Source: Macrostomum lignano (lineage: Eukaryota). From it: a stretch of 64,000 nucleotides of DNA. Position numbers and translations under genes: made by a program. Each line of letters opens with the position of its first letter. The first letter of the stretch is position 1. Below, one piece after another: positions 21,114-32,841 of this stretch. The notes under the pieces are model-generated. The model did not search any database, was not told the DNA's origin, and saw only the letters and a list, made by a program, of their open reading frames with translations. The stretch spans positions 1-64,000 of the forward strand of contig NIVC01000721.1 in the NCBI GenBank assembly GCA_002269645.1, in the 5' to 3' direction.

Positions 21114-22177
21114 CCTTTTCAACTTCGGATTCGTCAATAGTGAGTTCAAATTCGTCAGCGTATGCAAAACTATATAGCGCTCAAGGGGAAGAGAATGAGT
21201 GTCTATGGTAAATTTTCGCCATAGAAAGTGACTTCGAATTCGTCTAAGTAAGTGAAATTCGTCAGTGCAAATACAGCCTGACCAGAAAAAGTGTCTGCTT
21301 TGTCCATGGCAAGAAAAGAAGTTGTCTATGGTAAATTTAAGTAAGAAAGTCAGCGAAGTTCGTCTGTGGAAAAGTAGCCCAATTGCCTGAAATCTTCATT
21401 TCATGCTTTGATTGTTGTCAGAGATGCCCTACATGAGAATTTCGTCTGTGGATCGCTCTCAAAGAGTATTGAGGTCGCCTAGTACTCAACCTCAAAATTC
21501 AGGTCGGCCTCAATACTCTTTGATCGCTCTAGACTCGTGCGATGTTTTCAACAAGGACGAGACTGGAGACAACTCGCAATTGAACTGGATATCAAGATGA
21601 CAACTGCTAGTGACATCATCAGGAGATATGTTGATGAGGGTAGGATTGATCTTAACGCGCATGGAGGTGCAGTGAGACCAAAGCTTTCTGAGGAGATGCT
21701 CGGGGCGTTGGCGAGGTATGTGGAAGAGAAGCCGACTGTGACCCTCAAAGAAATGCAGCAAAAGCTTGTTGCAGATTTTCCCGCTGCTTCTGCTGTGACA
21801 ACCCAGGCAATCAGTCGTCGGCTTGACGGGACTTTGTGCGTTACATTGGCTGTTTGTTGTCATGTAGGGCATCTCTGACATTAATCAAAGCATGAAATGA
21901 AGATTTCAGGCAATTGGGCTACTTTTCCACAGACGAACTTCACTCACTTTCTTACTTAAATTTACCATAAACACCTTCTTTTCTTGCCATGGACAAAGCA
22001 AACACTTTTTCTGGTCAGGCTATTTGCACTGACGAATTTCACTTAGACGAATTCAAAGTCACTTTCTCTAAAAATTTACCATAGACACTCATTCTAGCTC
22101 TTCCGCTTGAGCGCTATATAGTTTTGCATACGCTGACGAATTTGAACTCACTTTTGACGAATCCGAAGTTGAAAAGG
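21114..22177 (+). mobile_element. Long-TIR (~320 bp) IS630/Tc1-like non-autonomous element A encoding only the HTH DNA-binding region
   Basis: TIRs ~21114-21435 and ~21859-22177 flanked by (TA)TA on both sides. ORF 21424-21878, once the 63-bp insert is removed, reads MPYMRISSVDRSRLVRCFQQGRDWRQLAIELDIK...EEKPTVTLKEMQQKL...TQAISRRL; no DDE domain. Confidence 0.85.
21460..21522. mobile_element. 63-bp micro-transposon (hAT- or P-type) nested in element A
   Basis: Perfect 15-bp TIR caaagagtattgagg/cctcaatactctttg; perfect 8-bp TSD atcgctct at 21452-59 and 21523-30; removing it restores the host ORF. Confidence 0.9.
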
Positions 22178-22843
22178 TATAGTTTACGCCTTCCAAATCT
22201 TCCAAATTAACAATTTTCCATTAGTTTTAAATTAACTTGCAGATGTAAACAAGTTAAATTTGTTCAGCCATAATGTACATTAGCCACTGAAATGTACATG
22301 TAAGCATAACATGTCATGAACAATTAGTGGGTAACGAAGAACGCGTCCATCGGCCAGAATCCGGCCGAATGAATGATGCTGATAATTTTCGTGGTAGCTA
22401 ATATGTGAACTTTATATTCCTAGTTGATAAAAGTATGCCATTTGTTTTTTCCTAAAATGACGAAATACACACACTATTGTTCCCACCATGCATCTCACAA
22501 AGTTTGAAGTTTCCGAGCTTAAGGAAAGTATATTAAAACAAATATACGATTATTTCTTTAAAAGGTATAATCAGATGCTAAAAACTGTATATTTTTGCAT
22601 GCTTAAAAAAATACATTTAATTTAAAAGCCGCTATTTAATCATTTTGCATTGAGATATATGCTTCCATGGTTGAGTGTTGAGTCCCATGTTTAAACTGAG
22701 TTTGTCTCGCGATTAGCCTGCTCTTTATATTATTAAGAATTTTATTCGATCAAAAATCGTAATTTCGTAACGCGCTCCGTTATTGAAATATACTGATAAA
22801 TTTATTGACAACTTGTTGAAAGTTTTACGAAAACTTGAGCAAA

Positions 22844-25800
22844 ATGAGCCAGCGCCAAGTCTTACAAGGTAAGTTATGTAGCAAAATTGAGATATTTTTC
22901 TCTGTTCTCAGTTTTCTGGTCTGTAATGACAATGTAATGTTATAAAATAAATGCTAAGTAGAATTTAAAAATAACTTTTAAAAATAAAAATAAATACAAG
23001 CCCTGTGCTAGTAGCCCTTAATAATAAAATGCACTGCTTAACTTTAATCCTCACATTTCATAAATGGTGATATAGCCAAAAACAAAAAACAGCTTTAAAC
23101 TCTGTCATGTAGACTACATTTTTACTTTTACATACTGCATGCTAATGATTATTGCTACTTTGATACTTTGACTTATCCCAATTAAATCCACTTGCATTTT
23201 TGTCAAACAGAATATTATAGAAGTAAAAATGATACAATTTAATTTTGTAATATGATGTGTGTTGATAAAATTACACTCTTAGTCTTTGATTTTAAGTAGA
23301 GTATGTGTCCATCTTTTTTTAAACAAGAAACGAAACGCTTTGAAAATCCTTAAATTTCCCATAATTAAAACTATATAGTTACTGCACTGCAAGCTTAATA
23401 AGTAAAATATACAGATGTTTGTAAAAAAACAAGTCATGAAAATCACGAAGCGGATTTTACGCTTCTGAAATCATCCTCTTATTTCTGCTCAGTGTTCGAG
23501 CAATACCAGAAGGCCCGCACTCAGTTCGTGCAGACGGTGGCGGAGCTGGCCACCCGGCCGCAGAACATCGAGACTCTGCAGAACGCCGGCGTCATGTCCC
23601 TGCTACGACCGCTGCTGTTGGACATTGTGCCAACCATCCAGCAGACTGCCGCCCTAGCACTGGGCCGCCTGGCTAACTACAATGACGAATTGGCCGAAGC
23701 TGTCGTAAAGGGTGACATCCTGCCGCAGCTGGTCTACTCGCTTGCTGAGCAGAATGTGAGACGAGCGATCAGTTCTAACTTATTCCATTTACTCCTGCTC
23801 ATTTATTTGCCCTGGTGCTGGACCGCCGCTCTCTCCACCCACGTCCCTCCCTGCCCCGGTGCAAGTCGCCTGATTCGACCGCCGCTCTCCCCACCCACGT
23901 CCCTCCCTGCCCCGGTGCAAGTCGCCTGATTGGACCGCCGCTCTCCCCACCCACGTCCCTCCCTGCTCTGGTGACCGCTGCTCTCCCACCCACCTCCCAG
24001 GGACCCTGGTCCAAGTCGCCTCGTTGGACAGGACAGCTACTCCCTACCTCCTATCAGTGAGGCATATTCATATCAGTCATCGCGGCCACGACTCCCCCTA
24101 TAATTATTGCAGCGCTTCTACAAAAAAGCCGCCGCCTTCGTCCTCCGCGCCGTGGCCAAGCACTCGCCCGAGCTCGCCCAGGCCGTTGTGGACTGCGGCG
24201 CCCTGGACGCCCTGGTCATCTGCCTGGAGGAGTTCGACCCTGGCGTGAAGGAGAGCGCCGCCTGGGCTCTCGGCTACATCGCCAGGCACAGCGCCGAGCT
24301 GGCGCAGTCCGTGGTGGATGCTGGCGCCGTCCCTCTGCTGGTGCTCTGCGTCCAAGAACCGGACCTCAGCCTGAAGCGTATCGCCGCTTCCGCCCTATCG
24401 GACATCAGCAAGCACTCGCCAGAGCTCGCCCAGACCGTGGTGGACGCTGGCGCCATCGCCCACCTGGCCCAGATGGTGCTCAACCCGGATGCTAAGCTGA
24501 AACGCCAGGTGTTCTCAGCGCTGGCCCAGATCGCCAAACACTCGGTGAGGAATCTGGAGTGATTATAAAGCCCCTCTGTCTGAAGATTTTAACACAGATG
24601 GGATTTCAACTTAAGGCTCTACTTAACAATTCGAAACAGAGGAAGTTGATATCTTCTTTTCTTGCGAATTTGAGATAAGATTCGCAATGAGTAGCAATCA
24701 TTTTAGACAGCTTCCAACCCCTCGTTCTCGAATTCTCAACCCTTATCGCATGCACTACGCTCGTATAATGAGTGAATTTGTAGCTCGTATCATAGCAGCC
24801 GAACTTTGATTCGCAGGTCGACCTGGCAGAAATGGTCGTTGAAGCGGAAATCTTCCCGGCCGTGCTCACCTGCCTGAAGGACCCGGACGAGTACGTTCGC
24901 AAGAACTGTGCCACGCTGATCCGGGAGGTGGCCAAGCACACGCCGGAGCTGTCGCAGCTTATCGTCAACGCCGGTGGAGTCGCCGCCATGGTTGACTTTG
25001 TCGGCGACAGTCGCGGCAACGTCCGCCTGCCGGGCGTCATGATGCTGGGCTATGTGGCCGCCCACTCGGAGAACCTCGCCATGGCCATCATCGTGTCCAG
25101 GGTGAGTGGCTGGGGAATCCGGTCTCTATGGCTGGGGGAATCCGATCTCTATGGCTGGGGAGAATCCGATCTCTATGACTGGGGGAATCCGATCTCTATG
25201 GCTGGGAGAACCCGGTCTCTATGGCTGGGGGAATCCGATCTCTATGGCTGGGAGAACCCGGTCTCTATGGCTGGGGGAATCCGATCTCTATGGCTGGGGG
25301 AATCCGATCTCTATGGCTGGGAGAACCCGGTCTCTATGGCTGGGGGAATCCGATCTCTATGGCTGGGGGAATCCGATCTCTATGGCTGGGAGAACCCGGT
25401 CTCTATGGCTGGGGGAATCCGATCTCCATGGCTGGGGAGAATCCGATCTCTATGACTGGGGGAATCCGATCTCTATGGCTGGGAGAACCCGGTCTCTATG
25501 GCTGGGGGAATCCGATCTCTATGGCTGGGAGAACCCGGTCTCTATGGCTGGGGGAATCCGATCTCTATAGCTGGGGGAATCCGATCTCTATGGCTGGGAG
25601 AACCCGGTCTCTATGGCTGGGGGAATCCGATCTCTATGGCTGGGAGAACCCGGTCTCTATGGCTGGGGGAATCCGATCTCTATAGCTGGGGGAATCCGAT
25701 CTCTATGACTGGGGAGAATCCGATCTCTATGACTGGGGAGAATCCGATCTCTATGACTGGGGAGAATCCGATCTCTATGACTGGGGAGAATCCGATCTCT

Positions 25801-26792
25801 ATAGCTGGAGGAGTGGGAGAATCCAGGCTACTGGGTGAGTCCTGGGCACTGCAGAATCTTGAGTACTAGGGTAATCCGATTGGAAATTCTATCTCTAACT
25901 TGGGAATGTCGGGTACTGGGGGAACCCGATCCTTGAGAACAATAAAACGCCGGCGAGTTTTTATCCTTAACTAAGTAGTATGATACTTCAAGTATTATCC
26001 ATATCATCCCAATCCTTCAGGGCGTCCTGGGGCTGGACGCGGTGCTCCAGACGGAGCCAGAGGACCATATCCAGGCCGCCGCGGCCTGGTCTCTGGGCCA
26101 GATTGGCCGGCACTCGCCCGAGCACGCCAAGTCCGTGGCGCAGGCCAACGTTCTGCCGAAATTGCTGCGCGCCTACCTGCGGCCGGATGTGAGCGAGGAT
26201 CTGCAGATCAAGGTGAGGAGCAAGTCATGCGCTGGTTTCTCTTTGGAAAAAAGCCATTGTCCTAATTTGGCTCCGCGTATTTTAGACCACCACTCAACCA
26301 CCATTCTTCCTGCTCTGGTGCAAGTCGCCTGATTGGACCACCGCTCTCCGCACCCACCTCCCTCCCTGCCCTAGGGTAAAGGACCTCGAACCAGCCAATC
26401 AGGTCCAGTTGACTATTTTAAACGCTCACCCCAATACCCACCACCCCATCGCCCTATCGCAGTCGAAGAAGGCTCTGAAGCACATACTGCAGAAGTGCGT
26501 GCATCTGGAGGCCTTGGAGCCTTTACTGCAAGAGGCGCCGCCAAACATCCTCAAGCACGTTGTCGCCCAGTTTAGCAAGGTGCTGCCGCACAATCCCAAA
26601 TCTCGCCGGCTGTTCGTGACGTCTGGCGGCCTGAAGAAGATTCAGGAGATCCGTGCAGAGCCGGGCAGCGCTCTGGCGGAGTACATCAACACTATCAATA
26701 ACTGCTACCCGGAGGAGATTGTCAAGTACTACAGCCCCGGCTACTCAGACGCGCTGCTGGAACGGATCGAGCATTACCTGCCTCAGGTGTGA
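22844..26792 (+). CDS. SPAG6: Sperm-associated antigen 6 / PF16 armadillo-repeat axonemal protein, 6 exons, ~508 aa
   Basis: Exons 22844-22868, 23493-23755, 24113-24544, 24817-25101, 26021-26212, 26463-26792 join in frame: MSQRQVLQVFEQYQKARTQFVQ...YYSPGYSDALL. Confidence 0.97.
23808..24010. repeat. ~60-bp repeat (x3) in SPAG6 intron 2, with another copy at ~26312-26370 in intron 5
   Basis: Shared ctggtgcaagtcgcctgattggacc(g/a)ccgctctcc...ccctccctgcc. Confidence 0.8.
25108..25810. repeat. 23-bp minisatellite (gggggaatccgatctctatggct) in SPAG6 intron 4
   Basis: About 30 copies starting just after the donor. Confidence 0.95.
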
Positions 26793-27589
26793 TCGAATTC
26801 GACTAAAGTTTATAATCGAGGATTGTTTACAGCCCGCGAATCTGTGTAAAAATTGGCTTTATGTGCATATTCGCCCTTACCCGGCGTACTAACCGCGCCC
26901 AACTGGGCTTAACCAACGAGCACTACTAGTAAAAGTACAAATAGATATTCATTAGCCAAATTGGAATTTTTTCAATTAATTATAAATCTCGTTGGACGAA
27001 AAGCACAGAGAAGTTTAAAATGATCTTCAGAAAGTAAGAAGTTGACGACTAGATAATATTGAAGCGAGAAATGACCAATATAAGATAGAGTACATAATTT
27101 AGCAACAATCGGCCTTCAAAAGTTACTATTGGCCCAAAAACACAGGTTCTAGGTCATTCCATGTGGATGTAAACACCTCAAATTTAAGATAGTTTAAATC
27201 CTTTACTTGCAAAAAATGAGACAATTACAAGTTATTTGTGTTATTTTTTTAGAATGACACTACAGTATCAAGCTGTGATTTGTTTTACTTTTTCCCTTTG
27301 CTGTGCGTCAATATTTTGTTGCGTGCCGTCTGTAATGTATATTTTATTTCAAGTAATTGCTACGAATATGTGTCTGAAATAACAGAAGCCATTCGCAGTT
27401 AAAACACTAACAGTTAAACTTGAACTTGATTTTCAAATTGAGGGTAAGTAGCGAACAACAAATTTTGGTATAAAAAAATGTTAATTAGGTTTTCAGAGTC
27501 ATGCCTTACTCAACCAAAAATTGTATTGTTGTCATGCAGTCAATGCAGTTGAGGGTTACTCAAGATCTTATAGCTGACTACTATTGTGA

Positions 27590-29902
27590 CTATATGTCGG
27601 GTATGTACTTGCAGCCCATCCTGATGTGGCGCACCGCCGCCTTGAGGGGACCGGCCTGGTTGAAACGGCGCAGTACCACGGCGTAACTGTACGCCTGCGT
27701 GTTGCAGCCACTGAAATGGGGCGGCACAGCGAGCAGTCCGGCTGTTGAAGAGCTGACTGAGATCAGAGATCGGCTTACTCCTAACCAATCAGATATCTGC
27801 TCACTCCCAACCAATCAGGTATCTGCTCACTCCCAACCAATCAGAGATCTGCTCACTCCCAACCAATCAGAGATCTGCTCACTCCCAACCAATCAGAGAT
27901 CTGCTCACTCCCAACCAATCAGGGATCGGCTCAGTTGCACACTGTCTAGAAACTGGTTGCACAATGACTAGAAACTGGTTGCACAATGACTAGAAACTGG
28001 TTGCACACTGTCTAGTCTAGAAACTGATTGCACACTGTCTAGAAACTGGTTGCACACAGTCTAGAAGCTGATGCACACTGTCTATAACTGATTGCAATGA
28101 CTAGAAACTGGTTGCACACTGTCTATAACTGATTGCACAATGACTAGAAACTGATTGCAATGACTAGAAACTGGTTGCACACTGTCTATAACTGATTGCA
28201 CAATGACTAGAAACTGATTGCACTGTCTAGAAACTGGTTGCACACTGTCTATAACTGATTGCACAATGACTAGAAACTGATTGCACTGTCTAGAAACTGG
28301 TTGCACACTGTCTATAACTGATTGCACAATGACTAGAAACTGATTGCACTGTCTAGAAACTGGTTGCACACTGTCTATAACTGATTGCACAATGACTAGA
28401 AACTGATTGCACTGTCTAGAAACTGGTTGCACACTGTCTATAACTGATTGCACAATGACTAGAAACTGATTGCAATGACTAGAAACTGGTTGCACACTGT
28501 CTATAACTGATTGCACAATGACCAGAAACTGATTGCACTGTCTAGAAACTGGTTGCACACTGTCTATAACTGATTGCACAATGACTAGAAACTGATTGCA
28601 CTGTCTAGAAACTGGTTGCACACTGTCTATAACTGATTGCACAATGACTAGAAACTGATTGCAATGACTAGAAACTGGTTGCACACTGTCTATAACTGAT
28701 TGCACAATGACTAGAAACTGATTGCACTGTCTAGAAACTGGTTGCACACTGTCTATAACTGATTGCACAATGACTAGAAACTGATTGCAATGACTAGAAA
28801 CTGGTTGCACACTGTCTATAACTGATTGCACAATGACTAGAAACTGATTGCACTGTCTAGAAACTGGTTGCACACTGTCTATAACTGATTGCACAATGAC
28901 TAGAAACTGATTGCACTGTCTAGAAACTGGTTGCACACTGTCTATAACTGATTGCACAATGACTAGAAACTGATTGCACTGTCTAGAAACTGGTTGCACA
29001 CTGTCTATAACTGATTGCACAATGACTAGAAACTGATTGCACTGTCTAGAAACTGGTTGCACACTGTCTATAACTGATTGCACAATGACTAGAAACTGAT
29101 TGCAATGACTAGAAACTGGTTGCACACTGTCTATAACTGATTGCACAATGACTAGAAACTGATTGCACTGTCTAGAAACTGGTTGCACACTGTCTATAAC
29201 TGATTGCACAATGACTAGAAACTGATTGCAATGACTAGAAACTGGTTGCACACTGTCTATAACTGATTGCACAATGACTAGAAACTGATTGCACTGTCTA
29301 GAAACTGGTTGCACACTGTCTATAACTGATTGCACAATGACTAGAAACTGATTGCACTGTCTAGAAACTGGTTGCACACTGTCTATAACTGATTGCACAA
29401 TGACTAGAAACTGATTGCACTGTCTAGAAACTGGTTGCACACTGTCTATAACTGATTGCACAATGACTAGAAACTGATTGCACTGTCTAGAAACTGGTTG
29501 CACACTCACTGTTTGGCAGAGTCCACAACCAACTCACCTGACGCGATCAATTTGACAAACAAATTCAACAAAGCAGGCTGGCACGTCATTATAGATGCAA
29601 CTATTCTGTACTAGAACGTCGCACTCCAGACCTTGAGCGATCGCTTGCTTCTCCAGACTAGAAGTTGACGTGGAATTCAAGCTCGGAGAAAATGAATTCG
29701 TAGCTAAAGTGCTTCGCAGTTCCTCGCGTTCGTGACGCAGCTGTCTCAACAGGCAGCTCAGGTCAGTCTGGTTCATCTTGACCTGCGGCAAATAGCGTTG
29801 AATAGAATAACAGGCGCAGGTGTCGCCGTTGCCTAGACAGAGTATTGGACACGAGCCGACAAGCAGAGCTAAGAGAATGCAGACGAACTGGTACTGCTGC
29901 AT
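27590..29902 (-). CDS. Orphan secreted Cys-rich protein, possibly cystine-knot cytokine-like (IL-17/PTTH/trunk-like), ~175 aa
   Basis: Exon 29902-29538 (signal peptide MQQYQFVCILLALLVGSC; gtgagt donor, phase 2) joins exon 27752-27590 in frame (...GCNTQAYSYAVVLRR...IRMGCKYIPDI). The acceptor and family assignment are inferred. Confidence 0.5.
27775..27925. repeat. 26-bp minisatellite (ccaaccaatcagagatctgctcactc)
   Basis: About 5-6 tandem copies. Confidence 0.85.
27940..29505. repeat. 1.5-kb higher-order satellite: 63-bp unit built from three related 20-22-bp monomers
   Basis: ctagaaactggttgcacactgt / ctataactgattgcacaatga / ctagaaactgattgcactgt repeated; produces the spurious 475-aa ORF. Confidence 0.95.
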
Positions 29903-30509
29903 GGCCCAGTGGAATCTACGCGCACAAACATTCATAGAAAATATGAGACAGCAACCGGTCTGAGAACCTCTGCGACTCAGTTATATACGAAACTTCCGCA
30001 TCCGTCACACCTATATTTAAGAGTAGATTTATCAGCGCTTTGGTGCGACTCATTCTCGATTAGATATTGCAGTTATACGCAAATGGTAATGGGGCAAACT
30101 TGATTCACTAGTATGCGCTGAACTGCCCCTCTGCCTACCTACCTGGCAACTCTCTACATGTAATTAATTGATAACAACGGCTGATAAGCAACAGCACCAA
30201 ATAGCAAGTGGTGCCAAATAGCATATGGGTCGCCGCCAGGAGGCCAAAATACTCAATTTAGCTGGCCTAGACTCAAACACAATGACGCTAATGGTGCAAT
30301 TTGGACCCCTGGTGCTGATGCCAGTAAGAGGACAGACGTTTAATTGAAGATTTAATCATTGATAATTAAACATGTCGCTTGAAAGTCTTTCGTGAGACTA
30401 GATTTCTCATTATTTTGTGCATATAGTACCACAGGAAACCAGCAACCAAACAAATTTAATAACTATAGTTCGCCTGTATGAAAAATTATACGAGGGACCA
30501 CCATGGGAC

Positions 30510-30880
30510 CAAGTGAGGGATCAGGATGTGCCCAAATGAGGGACCAGGATGTGACCAAATGAGGGATCAGGATGTGACCAAATGAGGGATCAGGATGTGA
30601 CCAAATGAGGGATCAGGATGTGACCAAATGAGGGATCAGGATGTGACCAAATGAGGGATCAGGATGTGACCAAATGAGGGATCAGGATGTGACCAAATGA
30701 GGGATCAGGATGTGACCAAATGAAGCACCAGGATGTGACCGAATGAGGAACCAGGATGTGACCAAATGAGGAATCAGGATGTGACAAAGTAAGGAACCAG
30801 GATGTGACCAAATGAGGAATCAGGATGTGACAAAGTAAGGGACCAGGATGTGACCAAATAAGGGATCAGGATGTGACCAC
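30510..30880. repeat. 23-bp minisatellite (gatcaggatgtgaccaaatgagg)
   Basis: Tandem copies. Confidence 0.9.
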
Positions 30881-31399
30881 CGCACCCCAGAAAAAATACA
30901 AAGATGAAAAACACTTAGATTTCACATATAATCGGATTTTATTTTTTCAAAACGTGTTTTACGAGCTACAATGGTAGATGTGTATCTAGGTATAGGAAAA
31001 ATACAGAAATTTAATAAGAGACAACTAAAGAGATATAACGAGATAAAGAGGAGCTTATTGAAACTAAAAAATGCATGGTTAGATAAGATTTTAACTATTT
31101 TTAACTTTTTAGTAAGTAAAGACTCGATAAATTTGTGCCTGCCATGTGTAGCATATGACAAAATAGATGTATATGAAGTAAAAATAGTGTTTAAATTGGA
31201 AGAGACTTTGAAATTTTGCACCAACAAACAAATGCAACTTAGTAGCTTGAAGTGTGGACTGTTTGGTCATTACAGATTGTAAAGTGAGCTCAGCAAATGG
31301 CAGTGGGATAAATAATAACTGACAGAGAGACAATAACTCATGCTTGTCGCTTGTTCAAATGTAATGCAATTTCGAGACTGTGGATTGGATGATTATTAG

Positions 31400-31640
31400 A
31401 GTGAGATTGGATTGGGATTCTTAGGTTAAGATTGGATTGGGGTTATTAGGGTGAGATTCGATGGGGATTCTTAGGAGAATGAGATTGGATTAGGATTCTT
31501 AGTGTGAGATTGGATGGGGATTCTTAGGGTGAGATTAGATTGGGGTTCTTAGGGTGAGATTAGATTGGGGATTCTTAGGGTGAGATTAGATGGGGTTCTT
31601 AGGGTGAGATTCGATGAGGATTCTTAGGGTGAGATTAGAA
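31400..31640. repeat. ~24-bp minisatellite (gggattcttagggtgagattagat)
   Basis: Degenerate tandem copies. Confidence 0.8.
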
Positions 31641-31752
31641 GTCGATTCCCAATAGAGGAAGTATAGCAATGAACTCCTAATGTTATTCCAAATTCAAGTT
31701 TCGAAGGAAATTCCAGTTCTCTTAAAGCCAGCGCCAGGGAACAATCAGAGAA

Positions 31753-32424
31753 TCATCGATAGCCACCCAGGCGCTCGGTGACTGACTTGAATCTTTTTTT
31801 GCACGGCCACGAATTCCGCTGGATGCCGCCGCCACCGCCGCTGCTCAGCCGCGAACCTGGGCCGGCAGTCTTGGCAAGACCGCCGCCGCCCCGGCTACTC
31901 CGACAACCTCGAGGCCAGTTGGTGCCGCGGGAACTGTGCACAGCCGCAGATACGCCAGCAGGCAGCGGCATCGGCACGGATAAATCCAAGTTGTTCTCGT
32001 TGTCAATCAGCAGCATAGGGTGCGGCAGAGGTACGCCAGATTGAACTTCTTTAACTTGCTCAACTGGAGCGGCATCGCTTATTAGCATTGGCGGCGGCAG
32101 CTGGATTGGCTGAGGCGGCGGCGGCGGCAGGGGCAGAGCTTCTGCTGAATGATTAGACGAAGCTGATGCTGTTGACATTCGACGCTGGCGCAGCTGCTGC
32201 TGCTGCACATCGCGCCGGCAGACGCACAGGTGAGTGTACAGATCGTTAAAGTTGTCGAACTCGCGGCCAGGGCAGCTGTGACAGGCCATGCGCACACATT
32301 GCAGCTGGCGAACCAGGCTAAGGTTAGACCGGTTGAACTCTAGCACCAGGGACTGGCTGTCTGCCCCAATGTGATAGGCCAGTGTCATTGCTGATGGGGC
32401 AGCTGGGGAGGGCTGGCCTGACAT
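31753..32424 (-). CDS. Hypothetical protein with a single C2HC/C2H2-like zinc finger, Pro/Gln-rich middle and basic tail
   Basis: GC-rich 223-aa ORF in AT-rich surroundings; CHSC...FNDLYTHLCVC. Confidence 0.5.
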   Translation of the reverse strand: MSGQPSPAAPSAMTLAYHIGADSQSLVLEFNRSNLSLVRQLQCVRMACHSCPGREFDNFNDLYTHLCVCRRDVQQQQLRQRRMSTASASSNHSAEALPLPPPPPQPIQLPPPMLISDAAPVEQVKEVQSGVPLPHPMLLIDNENNLDLSVPMPLPAGVSAAVHSSRGTNWPRGCRSSRGGGGLAKTAGPGSRLSSGGGGGIQRNSWPCKKRFKSVTERLGGYR

Positions 32425-32541
32425 GACTGCTTATAGAGCTGGAAAAATATTTTACTCTTGAAACTTAGAAAGAGAGTAAAGAAAGAAATTGGAATAAATG
32501 CAGACCTAAATGCTTTAACAGTCAAATAAATGAAATATTAG

Positions 32542-32841
32542 CATACATGCGCAACCTCCAAAATTCGGTCGGCCATGCGACTTAGTTTTAACAAAAATGC
32601 GACATAGTTTTTGGCCAAAAATGCGACCTACATGTAAAAAAACCCTAAAGCAAAATTAACGCAATTTTAGGTAAACGGCAGGAGTAACTTTGAATGTCTT
32701 ATTAGGTCAAAATGCCTCGTCAGCTACTTAGTACTACTACTTTGGTGCATTTTTTTAGGTGGGCATTTTTGCAACTTTGTTGGTTGGCCACCAAATCGGT
32801 CAGCCAGATCAGCCAACTTGGCCGACTGTTGCGCATGTATG
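32542..32841. mobile_element. hAT-like MITE (~300 bp)
   Basis: 14-bp TIR catacatgcgcaac/gttgcgcatgtatg, inner gtcggcca/tggccgac; 8-bp TSD aatattag/attattag (7 of 8 match). Confidence 0.65.

Noticed and set aside
28082-29509. Long ORFs through repeats (475 aa here; also 25106-25869, 40487-41387, 44372-45974, 54033-55145, 55307-56899, 36414-36780)
   Set aside because: They are translations of tandem repeats lacking stop codons, and several lie inside introns of well-supported genes
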